Shown: one piece after another, positions 47,449 through 58,052 of the stretch
Numbering within the stretch: position 1 is the stretch's first letter
How the letters are laid out: each line of letters opens with the position of its first letter
Origin: an uncultured virus (IMG/VR IMGVR_UViG_3300020499_000002)
Lineage: Duplodnaviria; Heunggongvirae; Uroviricota; Caudoviricetes
Strand: one strand, 5' to 3'
DNA length: 64,000 bases
IMG/VR virus record: IMGVR_UViG_3300020499_000002
Position numbers and translations under genes: made by a program
The notes under the pieces: model-generated
What the model saw: only the letters and a program-made list of their open reading frames with translations
Databases searched by the model: none
What the model was told of the DNA's origin: nothing

Positions 47449-48675
47449 ATGAGTAATTTTTCACAATTTATAGGTAAAGCATTCCCAATAGGCGGAATAC
47501 TTAATATGCCATATAGTTCAGATTTATATACTGCTGCTGATGGTACCCAATGGTACGCTTTAGTATCTACTGCTCCTTTTGATTATACTTCAGATTATTC
47601 TTATTTACCAGATCACTTGACTTCGCCGCATCCTATATTTTATGGCCCGGAAAGCGGAGGACTTTGGTATGGACCTGTAGTTTCACAATCTATTTCTATA
47701 GCATATAATCCTTCCGGACCTCTTTATGTTACTGCAACTTTTAATGGTAATGCTACTAATGGATTCAAATATTATACATCAACAAATGGTTCAACATGGA
47801 CAGAAAGAACATTTCCTAATTCTAAAACGTATCCTATTATACAGTATACAGCAGGAAAATTTATAGCAGTTTCGCCAAGTTCAACAACAGATGGTATTAT
47901 AACTTCTACTGATGGTATTAATTGGACTTCAGTTACAGGTGTGAGCATAGCAAATATCACAGATATTATATCTGATGGTACAGATGTAATTGTATTTCCA
48001 TATAATAGTACAACGGCAGCATATTCTTCAGACGGTGGTTCTACTTGGGCTTCATCGACAATGGCTGCTAGTTCTGGCACTAGTAATGCAATCAATACTA
48101 ATGGTATAGGAAGTATTACATGGAACGCTGGCGCTGGATTATTTATAGCAATAACTTCTACAACAGGGCAATATCAAACATCAGCAACAGGGGCTAATGG
48201 ATCATGGACAGCCAGAACGCCAGCAACCTATAATGGTTACGCACAATTTACAAATTCAACAAGGTTTGCTTCAAACTCAACAACAACAGTTGCAGTAGGT
48301 ATAACTGGTTTTTTTGCAACTACAACTGATGGTTTAACTTGGAGTAATCATGGATTGATTTCGACCTCATTGGCTACTACTTCCGCTCCTCTTGCAGTGT
48401 ATCATGATGGAACTAGATTTGTTGTTAGATTTTCTCAAAGAGTTTTTTATTCGACAGATGGTGTAACATGGACAGAAGGTAAACCAATTGGAGGAGTATC
48501 AATTAATAGCCCAGTTTCAAGCGGTGTGATGTTTAGCTTTCTTACAAACAATTTTACATTGATTAATAAAATGTTAAAAATATCCGATGTCACATTAACT
48601 ACTCCACAAACAATTATTCCTGCTGCTGGACATTCTTTTTTTGCTGCCACCGTAAATTACGTAAGAATCAGATAA
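47449..48675 (+). CDS. BNR/Asp-box beta-propeller protein, putative adhesin
   Basis: repeated S.DG.TW motifs. Confidence 0.8.
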   Translation: MSNFSQFIGKAFPIGGILNMPYSSDLYTAADGTQWYALVSTAPFDYTSDYSYLPDHLTSPHPIFYGPESGGLWYGPVVSQSISIAYNPSGPLYVTATFNGNATNGFKYYTSTNGSTWTERTFPNSKTYPIIQYTAGKFIAVSPSSTTDGIITSTDGINWTSVTGVSIANITDIISDGTDVIVFPYNSTTAAYSSDGGSTWASSTMAASSGTSNAINTNGIGSITWNAGAGLFIAITSTTGQYQTSATGANGSWTARTPATYNGYAQFTNSTRFASNSTTTVAVGITGFFATTTDGLTWSNHGLISTSLATTSAPLAVYHDGTRFVVRFSQRVFYSTDGVTWTEGKPIGGVSINSPVSSGVMFSFLTNNFTLINKMLKISDVTLTTPQTIIPAAGHSFFAATVNYVRIR

Positions 48676-48699
48676 ATATATAAAAAGAGAGAGATTTAA

Positions 48700-50127
48700 A
48701 TGGCTCAAAGTCAAGAATTAGCAGAATTAGGGCAATATTTATCTGTAAATAGTACTTCTAATACCATTATTTTTAATGGTATTATTTCTGTTGCTAATGT
48801 ATCTATGACTTCTGCCGGATTTACAGTTAATGGTTCAACAGTTGTTGTAAACTCTTCTGGTGTTACAACAACAGGATTTGTTAATGCTACTTCAAGTGTT
48901 AACTCTGCTTCGTATACGACTGGCGGAACAGGAACGAGTACTGGCGGATTTGTTGCTAATACCACTCGAATTTTTATTGGCAATAATACTGTTAATGCAG
49001 CTGTTAATACTACTGTTTTATATATTAGTGGTAATGTTATTGCTAATTCTACTGGCGCTAACAATGCATTCAATTTAGGCGGAACTGCTGCTTCTTCCTA
49101 TCAGCTTAATTCTACTTTAAACGCTAATATTGCCAGTTACCTTCCAACATATACTGGTGTTGTTAATGGTTCTAGTCATACTGTAGGTTCTTCATTTATT
49201 GCTAATGCTACTGGTGTTTATCATACTGGCACAATGAACGCTGCCAGTCTTACAGTGGGAACTTCTACAATCGCTAATTCCACTGGCGTTTACACTGGTA
49301 TTGTTAATGGTTCTAGTATTACAGTTGGAACTTCTTTCACTGCTAACTCTACTGTGGTTAACGCTGTCAGTTTAAGAGTAGCTAGTAGTTTCTTAGCCAA
49401 TACTACAGGCGCTTATCATACTGGAACTATGAACGCTGCTAGTTTTACAGTAGGCACCTCAACAATTGCTAATGCTACTGGTGTTTACACTGGAATAGTT
49501 AATGCTACAACGATCTCAACTGGTTCAGTAAACGTAATAAATGCTTCTGGTTTGACAACCTCGGCCAACGTTAATATATCAGCAACAGGCGAACTTATTA
49601 TCACTGCTGGCGCTGGTATATCTGCTAATGGCGGATTTGGTACCGCTGGTCAAGTTTTAACTTCTAATGCATCTTCAATATATTGGTCAACAGTTGGCGG
49701 TGGTGCTACGCTAACTGCAAATAATACTGACACAGTTACATATTACTTACCTATGGCCAATACTACATCAGGCACTTGGTCTAATGCTGTAGTTTCAACC
49801 ACCAAACTATACTTTGTTCCTTCAACTGGAACTTTGTCCGCTACGATATTCAATTCACTATCAGACGCTAATCAAAAGACAAATGTTCAGATTATTACCA
49901 GTGCTGTTAATACAGTCAGTAAAATGGAAGGTGTTTCGTTCAACTGGAAAGATTCTGGAGCAAAATCATATGGTGTTATTGCTCAAGAAATTGAAAAGAT
50001 ACTTCCGGATATTGTCAATGAAAACAATGGAACTAAGTCTGTCAATTATGATGCTATCATAGCGTTCCTTATTCAATCAGTCAAAGAACTTTCTGAAAGG
50101 GTTGAGAGATTAGAGAATGACAAGTAA
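48700..50127 (+). CDS. fibre with C-terminal peptidase S74 intramolecular chaperone
   Basis: SDANQKTNV...GVSFNWK...GVIAQEIE..LP..V...SVNY......LI..VKEL. Confidence 0.9.
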   Translation: MAQSQELAELGQYLSVNSTSNTIIFNGIISVANVSMTSAGFTVNGSTVVVNSSGVTTTGFVNATSSVNSASYTTGGTGTSTGGFVANTTRIFIGNNTVNAAVNTTVLYISGNVIANSTGANNAFNLGGTAASSYQLNSTLNANIASYLPTYTGVVNGSSHTVGSSFIANATGVYHTGTMNAASLTVGTSTIANSTGVYTGIVNGSSITVGTSFTANSTVVNAVSLRVASSFLANTTGAYHTGTMNAASFTVGTSTIANATGVYTGIVNATTISTGSVNVINASGLTTSANVNISATGELIITAGAGISANGGFGTAGQVLTSNASSIYWSTVGGGATLTANNTDTVTYYLPMANTTSGTWSNAVVSTTKLYFVPSTGTLSATIFNSLSDANQKTNVQIITSAVNTVSKMEGVSFNWKDSGAKSYGVIAQEIEKILPDIVNENNGTKSVNYDAIIAFLIQSVKELSERVERLENDK

Positions 50128-51280
50128 TTATCTTGCCGATGATCCAATTTTAGGTAGCGTAGATTTAGACGATCTATTTGTCACTGACGCTTGGTTAGTT
50201 GATCAGTTTGTTGGTAATCAGATGTGGGCGTTTGGGCAAAACAATTTTGGTCAATTAGGAGACAGAACAATAGTTCATCGTTCTTCACCAGTTCAAGTAG
50301 GATCGCTAGTAAATTGGAGTCGTGTTGCTGCTGGTAGTGATCATATAGTATCAATAAAAACAGATGGCACTTTATGGGCATGGGGTTACGGCGCTCAAGG
50401 TCAATTGGGTCTTGGTAATACTACTAGTCGTTCATCTCCAGTTCAAGTAGGTTCATTAACTAATTGGAAACAAGTGTCAGGCGGTTATTATGAAACATTA
50501 GCAATTAAAACAGACGGCACTTTATGGGGATGGGGTTATAATTTTTATGGTCAATTAGGAGATGGAACGAGAGTTGATAAGTCTTCGCCTATTCAAGTTG
50601 GAACTTTGACTAATTGGAAACAAGTTGAAACCTCATTTGGATTTACAATAGCAATTAAAACAGATGGTACGTTATGGGCATGGGGATTAAACGATTATGG
50701 TCAATTAGGTTTAGGAGATATAGTTCATCGATCATCGCCTATTCAAGTTGGATCATTAACCAACTGGAAACAAGTTTCAGTGGGTTATTATAGCACATTT
50801 GCGATTAAGACTGACGGAACATTATGGGCATGGGGCAGAAATAATTTTGGGTTTCTAGGAATAGGTAATACCGCCCATCGTTCTTCTCCTACTCAAGTTG
50901 GATCATTGACTAATTGGAAACAGGTTTCTTCTGGACAATTTCATGTAGCAGCTATTAAAACTGATGGAACTTTGTGGAGTTGGGGAAATAATGATTATGG
51001 TCAATTAGGCTCAGGGAATTCTACTGGTCGTTCTTCTCCTATACAAATAGGAACATTGACTAATTGGAAACAAGTTTCCTTAGCTAAATTCAATTATCAC
51101 ACAACAGCAATCAAAACTGATGGTACATTATGGTCTTGGGGGCTTAATATTGAGGGTTACTTGGGTCATAATGATCTAGTTTGGAAGTCTTCTCCTGTGC
51201 AACTTGGTTCATTAACTAATTGGAAGGAAGTTGCTACTGCATTTAGATCAACTGTAGCAATAACTTACACTGAAATATAA
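50117..51280 (+). CDS. RCC1-repeat beta-propeller protein 1
   Basis: ~7 repeats of AIKTDGTLW.WG.N..GQLG.G....RSSP.QVGSLTNWKQVS. Confidence 0.95.
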   Translation: MTSNYLADDPILGSVDLDDLFVTDAWLVDQFVGNQMWAFGQNNFGQLGDRTIVHRSSPVQVGSLVNWSRVAAGSDHIVSIKTDGTLWAWGYGAQGQLGLGNTTSRSSPVQVGSLTNWKQVSGGYYETLAIKTDGTLWGWGYNFYGQLGDGTRVDKSSPIQVGTLTNWKQVETSFGFTIAIKTDGTLWAWGLNDYGQLGLGDIVHRSSPIQVGSLTNWKQVSVGYYSTFAIKTDGTLWAWGRNNFGFLGIGNTAHRSSPTQVGSLTNWKQVSSGQFHVAAIKTDGTLWSWGNNDYGQLGSGNSTGRSSPIQIGTLTNWKQVSLAKFNYHTTAIKTDGTLWSWGLNIEGYLGHNDLVWKSSPVQLGSLTNWKEVATAFRSTVAITYTEI

Positions 51281-51292
51281 TAGAGGAATAAA

Positions 51293-51946
51293 ATGACTGA
51301 TTACGTTCTTGTAGAAAACAAACAAATAATTCATCTTGGTCCTATGGGTTGGAAGCCAAGAATGTTTCAATCTGAATTGAACGATCTTGAAGTAGATTTT
51401 ACTGTTCCTACAGCAGAACCCGGATACATTCAGATCAATGAAAACTTTGAGATTATGCCTGTGAGTTTAGATACTCCAACGCATAATCCATTGTTTGAAG
51501 AACTGGCAGGTCCATTTTGGACGTATGAAAATAATACTGCTATTGGTCATTACACTGTGCATGACGGTAATATAGATTCTATCAAAGGCAATTTAAAAAA
51601 CATCGTCGCTGCTCTAAGATATAATAAAGAACAAACTCCGTTCAAATACACCATTCAAGGAACAGAAATTACTGTTGATGCGTCAAGAGAAAACAGAAAT
51701 ATCTTTGTTCAGAAATATCAATTTATGACTGACGCTGAAACTGTTGATTGGAAGTTTCCAGAAACATGGCTCACACTAACTAAGGCAGAACTCGGCGAAT
51801 TAGTTGTGGCTGGTGCTACTCACATTCAGACACAATTTGATTGGGAAAAAGGATATGTTGATAGTATTGAAAGTTCTACAACTATTGACAATCTAAGAAA
51901 CATTTATAATGAATTGATACCTCCGCCTAATTACTCAGGGGTGTAG
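51293..51946 (+). CDS. DUF4376-like tail-associated protein
   Basis: VAALRY.KE...WKF...W..LT..EL......H.Q..FDWE. Confidence 0.65.
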   Translation: MTDYVLVENKQIIHLGPMGWKPRMFQSELNDLEVDFTVPTAEPGYIQINENFEIMPVSLDTPTHNPLFEELAGPFWTYENNTAIGHYTVHDGNIDSIKGNLKNIVAALRYNKEQTPFKYTIQGTEITVDASRENRNIFVQKYQFMTDAETVDWKFPETWLTLTKAELGELVVAGATHIQTQFDWEKGYVDSIESSTTIDNLRNIYNELIPPPNYSGV

Positions 51947-51948
51947 TA

Positions 51949-53184
51949 ATGGCTGTTACTGGTCCTAACACAGGATTTACACTCACTGAATCAGGAGTAA
52001 CGAGTGATCTTGGTAATAGGTATGTTTCTAAAGACTATCTACTTGATGTTTATCCCAATTTAGTTTCTCCAACAGGAAACAGAACTTCTCCTGGATTGTA
52101 TGTTTGGGGATTTCAAACCAGTCCTAGTGGCGAGTATTTTTTGGGTCTAGGAGACAGTAATCATCGTTCTTCGCCAGTTCAACTTGGATCGTTGAGTAAT
52201 TGGAACATGGCTAGTTATGGCGATACTCATGTCATAGCTTTAAAAACAGATGGCACTTTATGGGGGTGGGGCGGTGATAGTGGATCAAGAGGAGCATTTG
52301 GTGTAGTTACTAATTTAGGTGGTACTTATTCAACGCCAATACAGTTAGGCGCTGATACAAACTGGAAATTTGTAAAAGCAGGAAGATTATTGTCAGTAGG
52401 ATTGAAAAATGATGGATCGATGTGGGCGACAGGTTATAACTTAGATGGTCAGTTAGGTTTCGGAACAGGAGGTGTAAATGTTTCTAGTTGGACTCAAATA
52501 GGCTCTGATACTAACTGGAAACAATTAGTGTATGGCGAGTATAGTGGTTACGCTTTAAAAAATAATGGTACATTATGGAGTTGGGGATTTAATGGTAGTG
52601 GTCAATTAGGCCATGGTAATATAGTCCATCGTTCTTCTCCTACTCAAGTTGGTTCATTAACTAACTGGAAACAAGTTTCTGCTGGTCTTAGATATGGAAT
52701 GGCAGTCAAAACAGATGGCACATTATGGGCATGGGGTCACAATAATGTAGGCCAATTAGGTTTAGGTGATCTTGTTCATCGTTCGTCTCCTGTTCAGGTT
52801 GGTTCATTGACCAATTGGAAAGAAGTTTCTTGCGGAGGATGGGCATGTTTTGCGATTAAAACAGATGGAACATTATGGGCTTGGGGTCATAATCCAGCGG
52901 GCGACTTAGGTTTAAACGATACTAATAGTCGTTCTTCCCCTGTTCAGGTTGGTTCATTGACCAATTGGAAACGTGTTTTTGGTGCCTGTGGTAAAGCAAT
53001 TAAGACTGACGGAACATTGTGGGGATGGGGACGAAATTCCGAAGGAAATGTAGGAGTTGGTACTGCAACAGATAGATCATCACCTATTCAAATAGGCACA
53101 GAAACAACTTGGAAATCTTGTAATTACGATGGTTATAACACTACTAGAATGACAACATTCGCAATCAAAGACGGATATTTTTAA
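51949..53184 (+). CDS. RCC1-repeat beta-propeller protein 2
   Basis: same ~50-aa repeat. Confidence 0.95.
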   Translation: MAVTGPNTGFTLTESGVTSDLGNRYVSKDYLLDVYPNLVSPTGNRTSPGLYVWGFQTSPSGEYFLGLGDSNHRSSPVQLGSLSNWNMASYGDTHVIALKTDGTLWGWGGDSGSRGAFGVVTNLGGTYSTPIQLGADTNWKFVKAGRLLSVGLKNDGSMWATGYNLDGQLGFGTGGVNVSSWTQIGSDTNWKQLVYGEYSGYALKNNGTLWSWGFNGSGQLGHGNIVHRSSPTQVGSLTNWKQVSAGLRYGMAVKTDGTLWAWGHNNVGQLGLGDLVHRSSPVQVGSLTNWKEVSCGGWACFAIKTDGTLWAWGHNPAGDLGLNDTNSRSSPVQVGSLTNWKRVFGACGKAIKTDGTLWGWGRNSEGNVGVGTATDRSSPIQIGTETTWKSCNYDGYNTTRMTTFAIKDGYF

Positions 53185-54375
53185 ATGCCAGCAATAGGAT
53201 ATAAATTTCCAATCTATAATTCTGATGGTAATGTATCAACTACAAGCGTTGATATGGGCGATATGTTTGTTTTTAAAGATCAGTTTTTGAATGCCGGATT
53301 ATATGGGTGGGGAGACGATACTTATGGTCAAATAGGTGCAAATGTGGCAAATGATAGGCGTTCTTCGCCCGTTCAAATAGGCTCATTGACCAATTGGAAA
53401 GATATTACCAATGGGATTCAACATAATCATGCTATTAAAACTGATGGAACTTTGTGGAGTTGGGGTGCAAACTTTGCAGCACAATTAGGTGATGGAACAA
53501 CTACTAATCGTTCATCTCCTGTTCAAATAGGAACAGGTACAAATTGGAAACAAATTTCTGCCGGTGGAAATTTTGTATTAGTTATCAAAACCGATGGCAC
53601 TTTATGGGGATGGGGGGCCGCATCTTTTGGAAGATTAGGAGACGGAACAACCGTTACTAAGTCTTCGCCCGTTCAGATAGGAACAGACACAAATTGGAAA
53701 CAAGTTTCTGCTGGTTTTTTACATGGCGGAGCAATTAAAACCGACGGTACATTATGGACGTGGGGTTATAATGTTTTTGGCGCAGTAGGCGACGGAACAA
53801 CTACTGATCGTTCATCTCCTGTTCAAATAGGAACAGGTACAAATTGGAAACAAGTTTCTGCCGGTTACACACACACTGGCGCTATTAAAACTGATGGTAC
53901 TTTATGGGTGTGGGGAAACGGAGTTAATGGTAGATTAGGCAACGGAACAACTACTGATCGTTCATCTCCTGTTCAAGTAGGAACATTATCAAATTGGAAA
54001 CAAATTTCTAGTGGAGCAGCTCATACTGGCGCTATAAAAACTGATGGTACTTTATGGATGTGGGGTCTGAATAATGATGGACAATTAGGTGATGGCACTG
54101 TTGTTTCAAAATCCTCGCCAATACAAATAGGAACAGGCACAAATTGGAAACAAATTTGCTTATCTAAAACTGGATATTATACATTAGCAATCAAAACAGA
54201 TGGCACATTGTGGGCGTGGGGAATAAACGCCAATATTTCTCCACATGGTAATCTAGGTTTAGGAGATATAGTTCATCGATCATCGCCTGTTCAGATAGGA
54301 TCACTAACTAACTGGAAACAAGTTTCAGCAGGAGAAGTTAGCGCACACGCTATATCTGCACCAGAACTACCCTAA
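53185..54375 (+). CDS. RCC1-repeat beta-propeller protein 3
   Basis: same ~50-aa repeat. Confidence 0.95.
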   Translation: MPAIGYKFPIYNSDGNVSTTSVDMGDMFVFKDQFLNAGLYGWGDDTYGQIGANVANDRRSSPVQIGSLTNWKDITNGIQHNHAIKTDGTLWSWGANFAAQLGDGTTTNRSSPVQIGTGTNWKQISAGGNFVLVIKTDGTLWGWGAASFGRLGDGTTVTKSSPVQIGTDTNWKQVSAGFLHGGAIKTDGTLWTWGYNVFGAVGDGTTTDRSSPVQIGTGTNWKQVSAGYTHTGAIKTDGTLWVWGNGVNGRLGNGTTTDRSSPVQVGTLSNWKQISSGAAHTGAIKTDGTLWMWGLNNDGQLGDGTVVSKSSPIQIGTGTNWKQICLSKTGYYTLAIKTDGTLWAWGINANISPHGNLGLGDIVHRSSPVQIGSLTNWKQVSAGEVSAHAISAPELP

Positions 54376-54403
54376 ATAGTCTATATTAGATTATGAGGTC
54401 GTT

Positions 54404-55831
54404 ATGAAATCAGATGAAATTTGGCAGTCAATCACTGCTGGTCTTCCAAAAACACCATCACCATCAGAAACTATTCCGTTACCTGAAATTTTAAGGGTTA
54501 TGGAATATTGCTTAGACAATCGTGTAGAAAAATTTAACGCTGCTATTGACCTATTAGATTGTATTGCACCGCTAAGAAATGATATTGAGTTTCTTAACTT
54601 TAAAGCAATGGTCGAGTTCGTTGCAAAAAAGTATAATCGTTGCTTACAAACTTCTGAACAAATTTTAAATCACTATAAAGACACCAACACATACTTTAAC
54701 GCCGGGCGTGCAGCGTATAAAGCCAATCAACTAGAGAAATCATTAGAATATCTCACCAAATCATTAGAACTTGATCCAGAAAATGTTTCTGTTCTTCTTG
54801 ATTACGCTGTCACCATTTGTACCATGGGAGACTTTGATGGTTCATTGGATATTATCAACAACATAGATAAATCAAAATATTCCGAAAGAGACCAGAAAGT
54901 AACTGACTTCAATAAAGGTTGGCATACTATTCGGAAAGGCGACTTCAAGAAAGGTATGGCTCTACTTAATATTGGTCGTGATCTTAAACTATTAGGAACA
55001 CATTCTGATAAGTATGATCAACCAGAATGGGATGGCACTACATATGAAGGTAAAACTATTCTTATTGTCGGCGAAGGTGGTATTGGTGACGAAGTAATCA
55101 ATGCTCGTTTCTCTAAGATCATCAAAGAACGTGGTATGAAATGTATCATGTCTACGGTACATAACAATCAGTCTATGTTATCTTCCGTTAGAATGATTGA
55201 CAAGGTGATTGACAATAAAGACATTCGTAAAGAAAAGTGGGACTACTGGGTTCCTTGTATGTCTCTGCCATATAAGTTAGGCATAGACTCTAACGAAATA
55301 CCAAATGAACCATATCTATTTGCTAAACCAGGATATGTTGTTAAGTGGAAGAACAGAATCAAATCTGATAAGAAACTTAACATTGGTATTCGTTGGATGG
55401 GTAATCCATTATACGAACTAGAATTAGCCAGAACAATTCCTGTAGAATACTTTGACGAACTATCTAAGTATGACGTTCAACTTTGGTCGTTACAAAAAGA
55501 TGACGGTGTTCCGTTTAGATTGCCAACTAATACTATAGACTTGGCATCAGGTTTTGAGAATTGGGATGATACGATGGGAGCCATTATGAATATGGATCTT
55601 GTCATTACATCCTGCACCTCTGTTGCTCATGTTGCCGCTGCTCTTGGAAAACCTACATGGGTTGTAATGCCCTTACTTCCATATTATACTTGGGCAGACA
55701 TGAAAAAAGAATCCTACTGGTATAAGAATGTATCTTGTTACCGTCAAAGAGTATGGCAAGATTGGTCTGCTCCATTTGATGAATTGAAGAAAGATTTAGA
55801 ACATGAAATTAAACTTAGCAATTCCAATTAG
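54404..55831 (+). CDS. TPR-containing GT-B glycosyltransferase (GT9/heptosyltransferase-like C-terminus)
   Basis: TPR helices; EGGIGDE; DTMGAI..MDLVITSCTSVAHVAAALGKPTW. Confidence 0.88.
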   Translation: MKSDEIWQSITAGLPKTPSPSETIPLPEILRVMEYCLDNRVEKFNAAIDLLDCIAPLRNDIEFLNFKAMVEFVAKKYNRCLQTSEQILNHYKDTNTYFNAGRAAYKANQLEKSLEYLTKSLELDPENVSVLLDYAVTICTMGDFDGSLDIINNIDKSKYSERDQKVTDFNKGWHTIRKGDFKKGMALLNIGRDLKLLGTHSDKYDQPEWDGTTYEGKTILIVGEGGIGDEVINARFSKIIKERGMKCIMSTVHNNQSMLSSVRMIDKVIDNKDIRKEKWDYWVPCMSLPYKLGIDSNEIPNEPYLFAKPGYVVKWKNRIKSDKKLNIGIRWMGNPLYELELARTIPVEYFDELSKYDVQLWSLQKDDGVPFRLPTNTIDLASGFENWDDTMGAIMNMDLVITSCTSVAHVAAALGKPTWVVMPLLPYYTWADMKKESYWYKNVSCYRQRVWQDWSAPFDELKKDLEHEIKLSNSN

Positions 55832-56561
55832 AACTTCTGGTGTATATAACTTTTGGAACTCTGAAAGATATATCAGTAAAGATAAGGGTCTAATCACTAG
55901 AACCTGTATTAAAAGTCTTGCCGCTTCTATCGCTGCATCTCAAGTAAGGCCAATCATATCCATTCACGATGATAACTCTGACGATTATACTCTTAACTCT
56001 ATACACGAATCATTTCATGAATATGGATTAAAGTATGAGTTATATCACACAGAACCACAACAGAACTTTATATCGCAGTATGAATGGACTATAGAACAAG
56101 ATTTTGATTTTGTTTATAACATAGAAGATGATTACCTACATTATCCTGCTGCCATACATGATATGGTTGATATGATTGATTGTATGAATCGGCTAAAACC
56201 TTATGACTATGCCATGTATCCATTCAACAATCCACACAGATACCAAAGTTTCGCTGCTTTGTATCCCTCATATATTGTAAAAGGAACCTACCAGTATTGG
56301 CGTTCGCTATTGCATTCAACTCATACCTTTATGTGTTCTAAGAAGTGTTTTGTGGATAATATAGATATAATGAAAGACCAAGCATACACTTGGCATGTTG
56401 ATGCTGCCGTTGAGGATGAAAGCATCAATAAAGTTTGGAGAAACCAGGAAACAATATTATTCTGTCCAATGAACTCTCTGGCGTTTCATATGACAGACGT
56501 TACACAAAAGCCTGACTTTGATGATTGGCAGACATTATGGAGTTACTATGAAACACGGTAA
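55803..56561 (+). CDS. GT-A fold glycosyltransferase-like protein
   Basis: IHDDNS, VYNIEDDYLH DxD-type motif. Confidence 0.75.
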   Translation: MKLNLAIPIRTSGVYNFWNSERYISKDKGLITRTCIKSLAASIAASQVRPIISIHDDNSDDYTLNSIHESFHEYGLKYELYHTEPQQNFISQYEWTIEQDFDFVYNIEDDYLHYPAAIHDMVDMIDCMNRLKPYDYAMYPFNNPHRYQSFAALYPSYIVKGTYQYWRSLLHSTHTFMCSKKCFVDNIDIMKDQAYTWHVDAAVEDESINKVWRNQETILFCPMNSLAFHMTDVTQKPDFDDWQTLWSYYETR

Positions 56562-57387
56562 GACAGCGGTATATACTATTCTCAAGAATGAAAAGCAGTA
56601 TATCGAAAAGTGGTTATATTACGCCGATCCTTTTGATTACAAGGTTTTACTTGACACCGGATCAGCTGATGGTTCATGGGAAATGTTGCAAGAGGCAGCA
56701 ACAAAAGATCCAAAACTAATCATTGAACAAAAAACATTTACGCCTTGGCATTTCTCTAATGCTCGCAATCATAACATGACAATGATTCCGAATGATGTTA
56801 TTTGGTGTCTTTCGCCAGACTTAGACGAATACTATTCTATCAATACACATGATCAAATCGAAAAGGTTATTGATCAGAATCCTAATGCGACTTCTATTAC
56901 TTCTGATAGGTTGGATATCTACTCACATCATGTAAAGGTCGGACCACCATTTCTACTACCTACTAACAAAATTCATCTCAAGGATTATTACAACTGGAAA
57001 CAGCCGGTGTATGAATACATCAACTATATTGGGCCAGAAGGTTATGATGTTGAAGTTTATGATCCCTTGATTTGCCTTATTCACGATCAGGATTTTCGTA
57101 AGAAAGAACGATCAGAATTATACATCAAACTTATGGAAGACGAATACGCTGTCAATCCCACAAACACTTGGGTTCTATGGTTTCTAACATATCACTACTA
57201 TAAGTCAAGGCAAATAGACAAATACATTCCCGCTGCTTGCGATTATATTACTTATCATGACAACATGTATGATAATAACTATAAGGGACTTTTGAAGGAT
57301 CTAACCAACTTATATTTCTTTGATAAAGATGTTACACCAGAGCAGAAAGAACAGATCAAATCAGTAATCAAGGGCAAGTCAATATGA
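56548..57387 (+). CDS. GT2-like glycosyltransferase
   Basis: VYTI.KNE, DTGSADGS, FSNARN, SPDLDE; start moved to 56548 (GGAG RBS). Confidence 0.85.
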   Translation: MKHGKTAVYTILKNEKQYIEKWLYYADPFDYKVLLDTGSADGSWEMLQEAATKDPKLIIEQKTFTPWHFSNARNHNMTMIPNDVIWCLSPDLDEYYSINTHDQIEKVIDQNPNATSITSDRLDIYSHHVKVGPPFLLPTNKIHLKDYYNWKQPVYEYINYIGPEGYDVEVYDPLICLIHDQDFRKKERSELYIKLMEDEYAVNPTNTWVLWFLTYHYYKSRQIDKYIPAACDYITYHDNMYDNNYKGLLKDLTNLYFFDKDVTPEQKEQIKSVIKGKSI

Positions 57388-58052
57388 ATAATTTTAGATG
57401 GATAATTGAAAACCCTAACGATACTATTCAAAGTTCTTTAAAAGCAGGTCATTTTCACGAACAACGTGAAATGGAGATTATGAAAGAGTATTGTCCAAAG
57501 GGAGCGCATATACTGGACATTGGCGCTAATGTTGGTAATCATTCAGTGTATTTTAGTAAGTTCTTTGATGCTGAAATAATCTATGCTATCGAACCATTGC
57601 CAGTGGCATACAAGATGTTGTTAGCCAATCTGTGTTTAAACTACTGTCATAATGTTAATGTTGATTATGTCGGCGTAGCATTAGGTCATATGGAAACTCA
57701 AGGATTTCCGATGGAGATTTATCCTGACAATCTAGGATCAACCAGATTGTTTCATGAAGATAAAACCGATTTACCATTTCAGAAGTTTGATCCAGTCAAT
57801 ATCATTCCAGGTGATGTTCTATTTGCTGATAAAAGAGTTGATTTTATCAAGATGGATATTGAAGGAATGGAGATGGTTGCTCTTATGGGATTAAAAGAAA
57901 CCATCGCCAGAAATAGACCTAATATGTTTGTTGAAGTCAGTATTGAAAACGTAGAAGATTTTCACCAGTGGATGGACGAAAATAACTATAAAGTTGTTTG
58001 GAATGAGATAGAACCTAGAATTTTTGCTTCATATATTATCATTCCTCAGTAA
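57384..58052 (+). CDS. FkbM-family methyltransferase
   Basis: LDIGANVGNHS, IEP, FIKMDIEGME. Confidence 0.93.
   Translation: MNNFRWIIENPNDTIQSSLKAGHFHEQREMEIMKEYCPKGAHILDIGANVGNHSVYFSKFFDAEIIYAIEPLPVAYKMLLANLCLNYCHNVNVDYVGVALGHMETQGFPMEIYPDNLGSTRLFHEDKTDLPFQKFDPVNIIPGDVLFADKRVDFIKMDIEGMEMVALMGLKETIARNRPNMFVEVSIENVEDFHQWMDENNYKVVWNEIEPRIFASYIIIPQ

Noticed and set aside
48700..54375. Diversity-generating retroelement acting on fibre/RCC1 genes
   Set aside because: No reverse transcriptase in the window, no non-coding template repeat, and differences are not adenine-specific.
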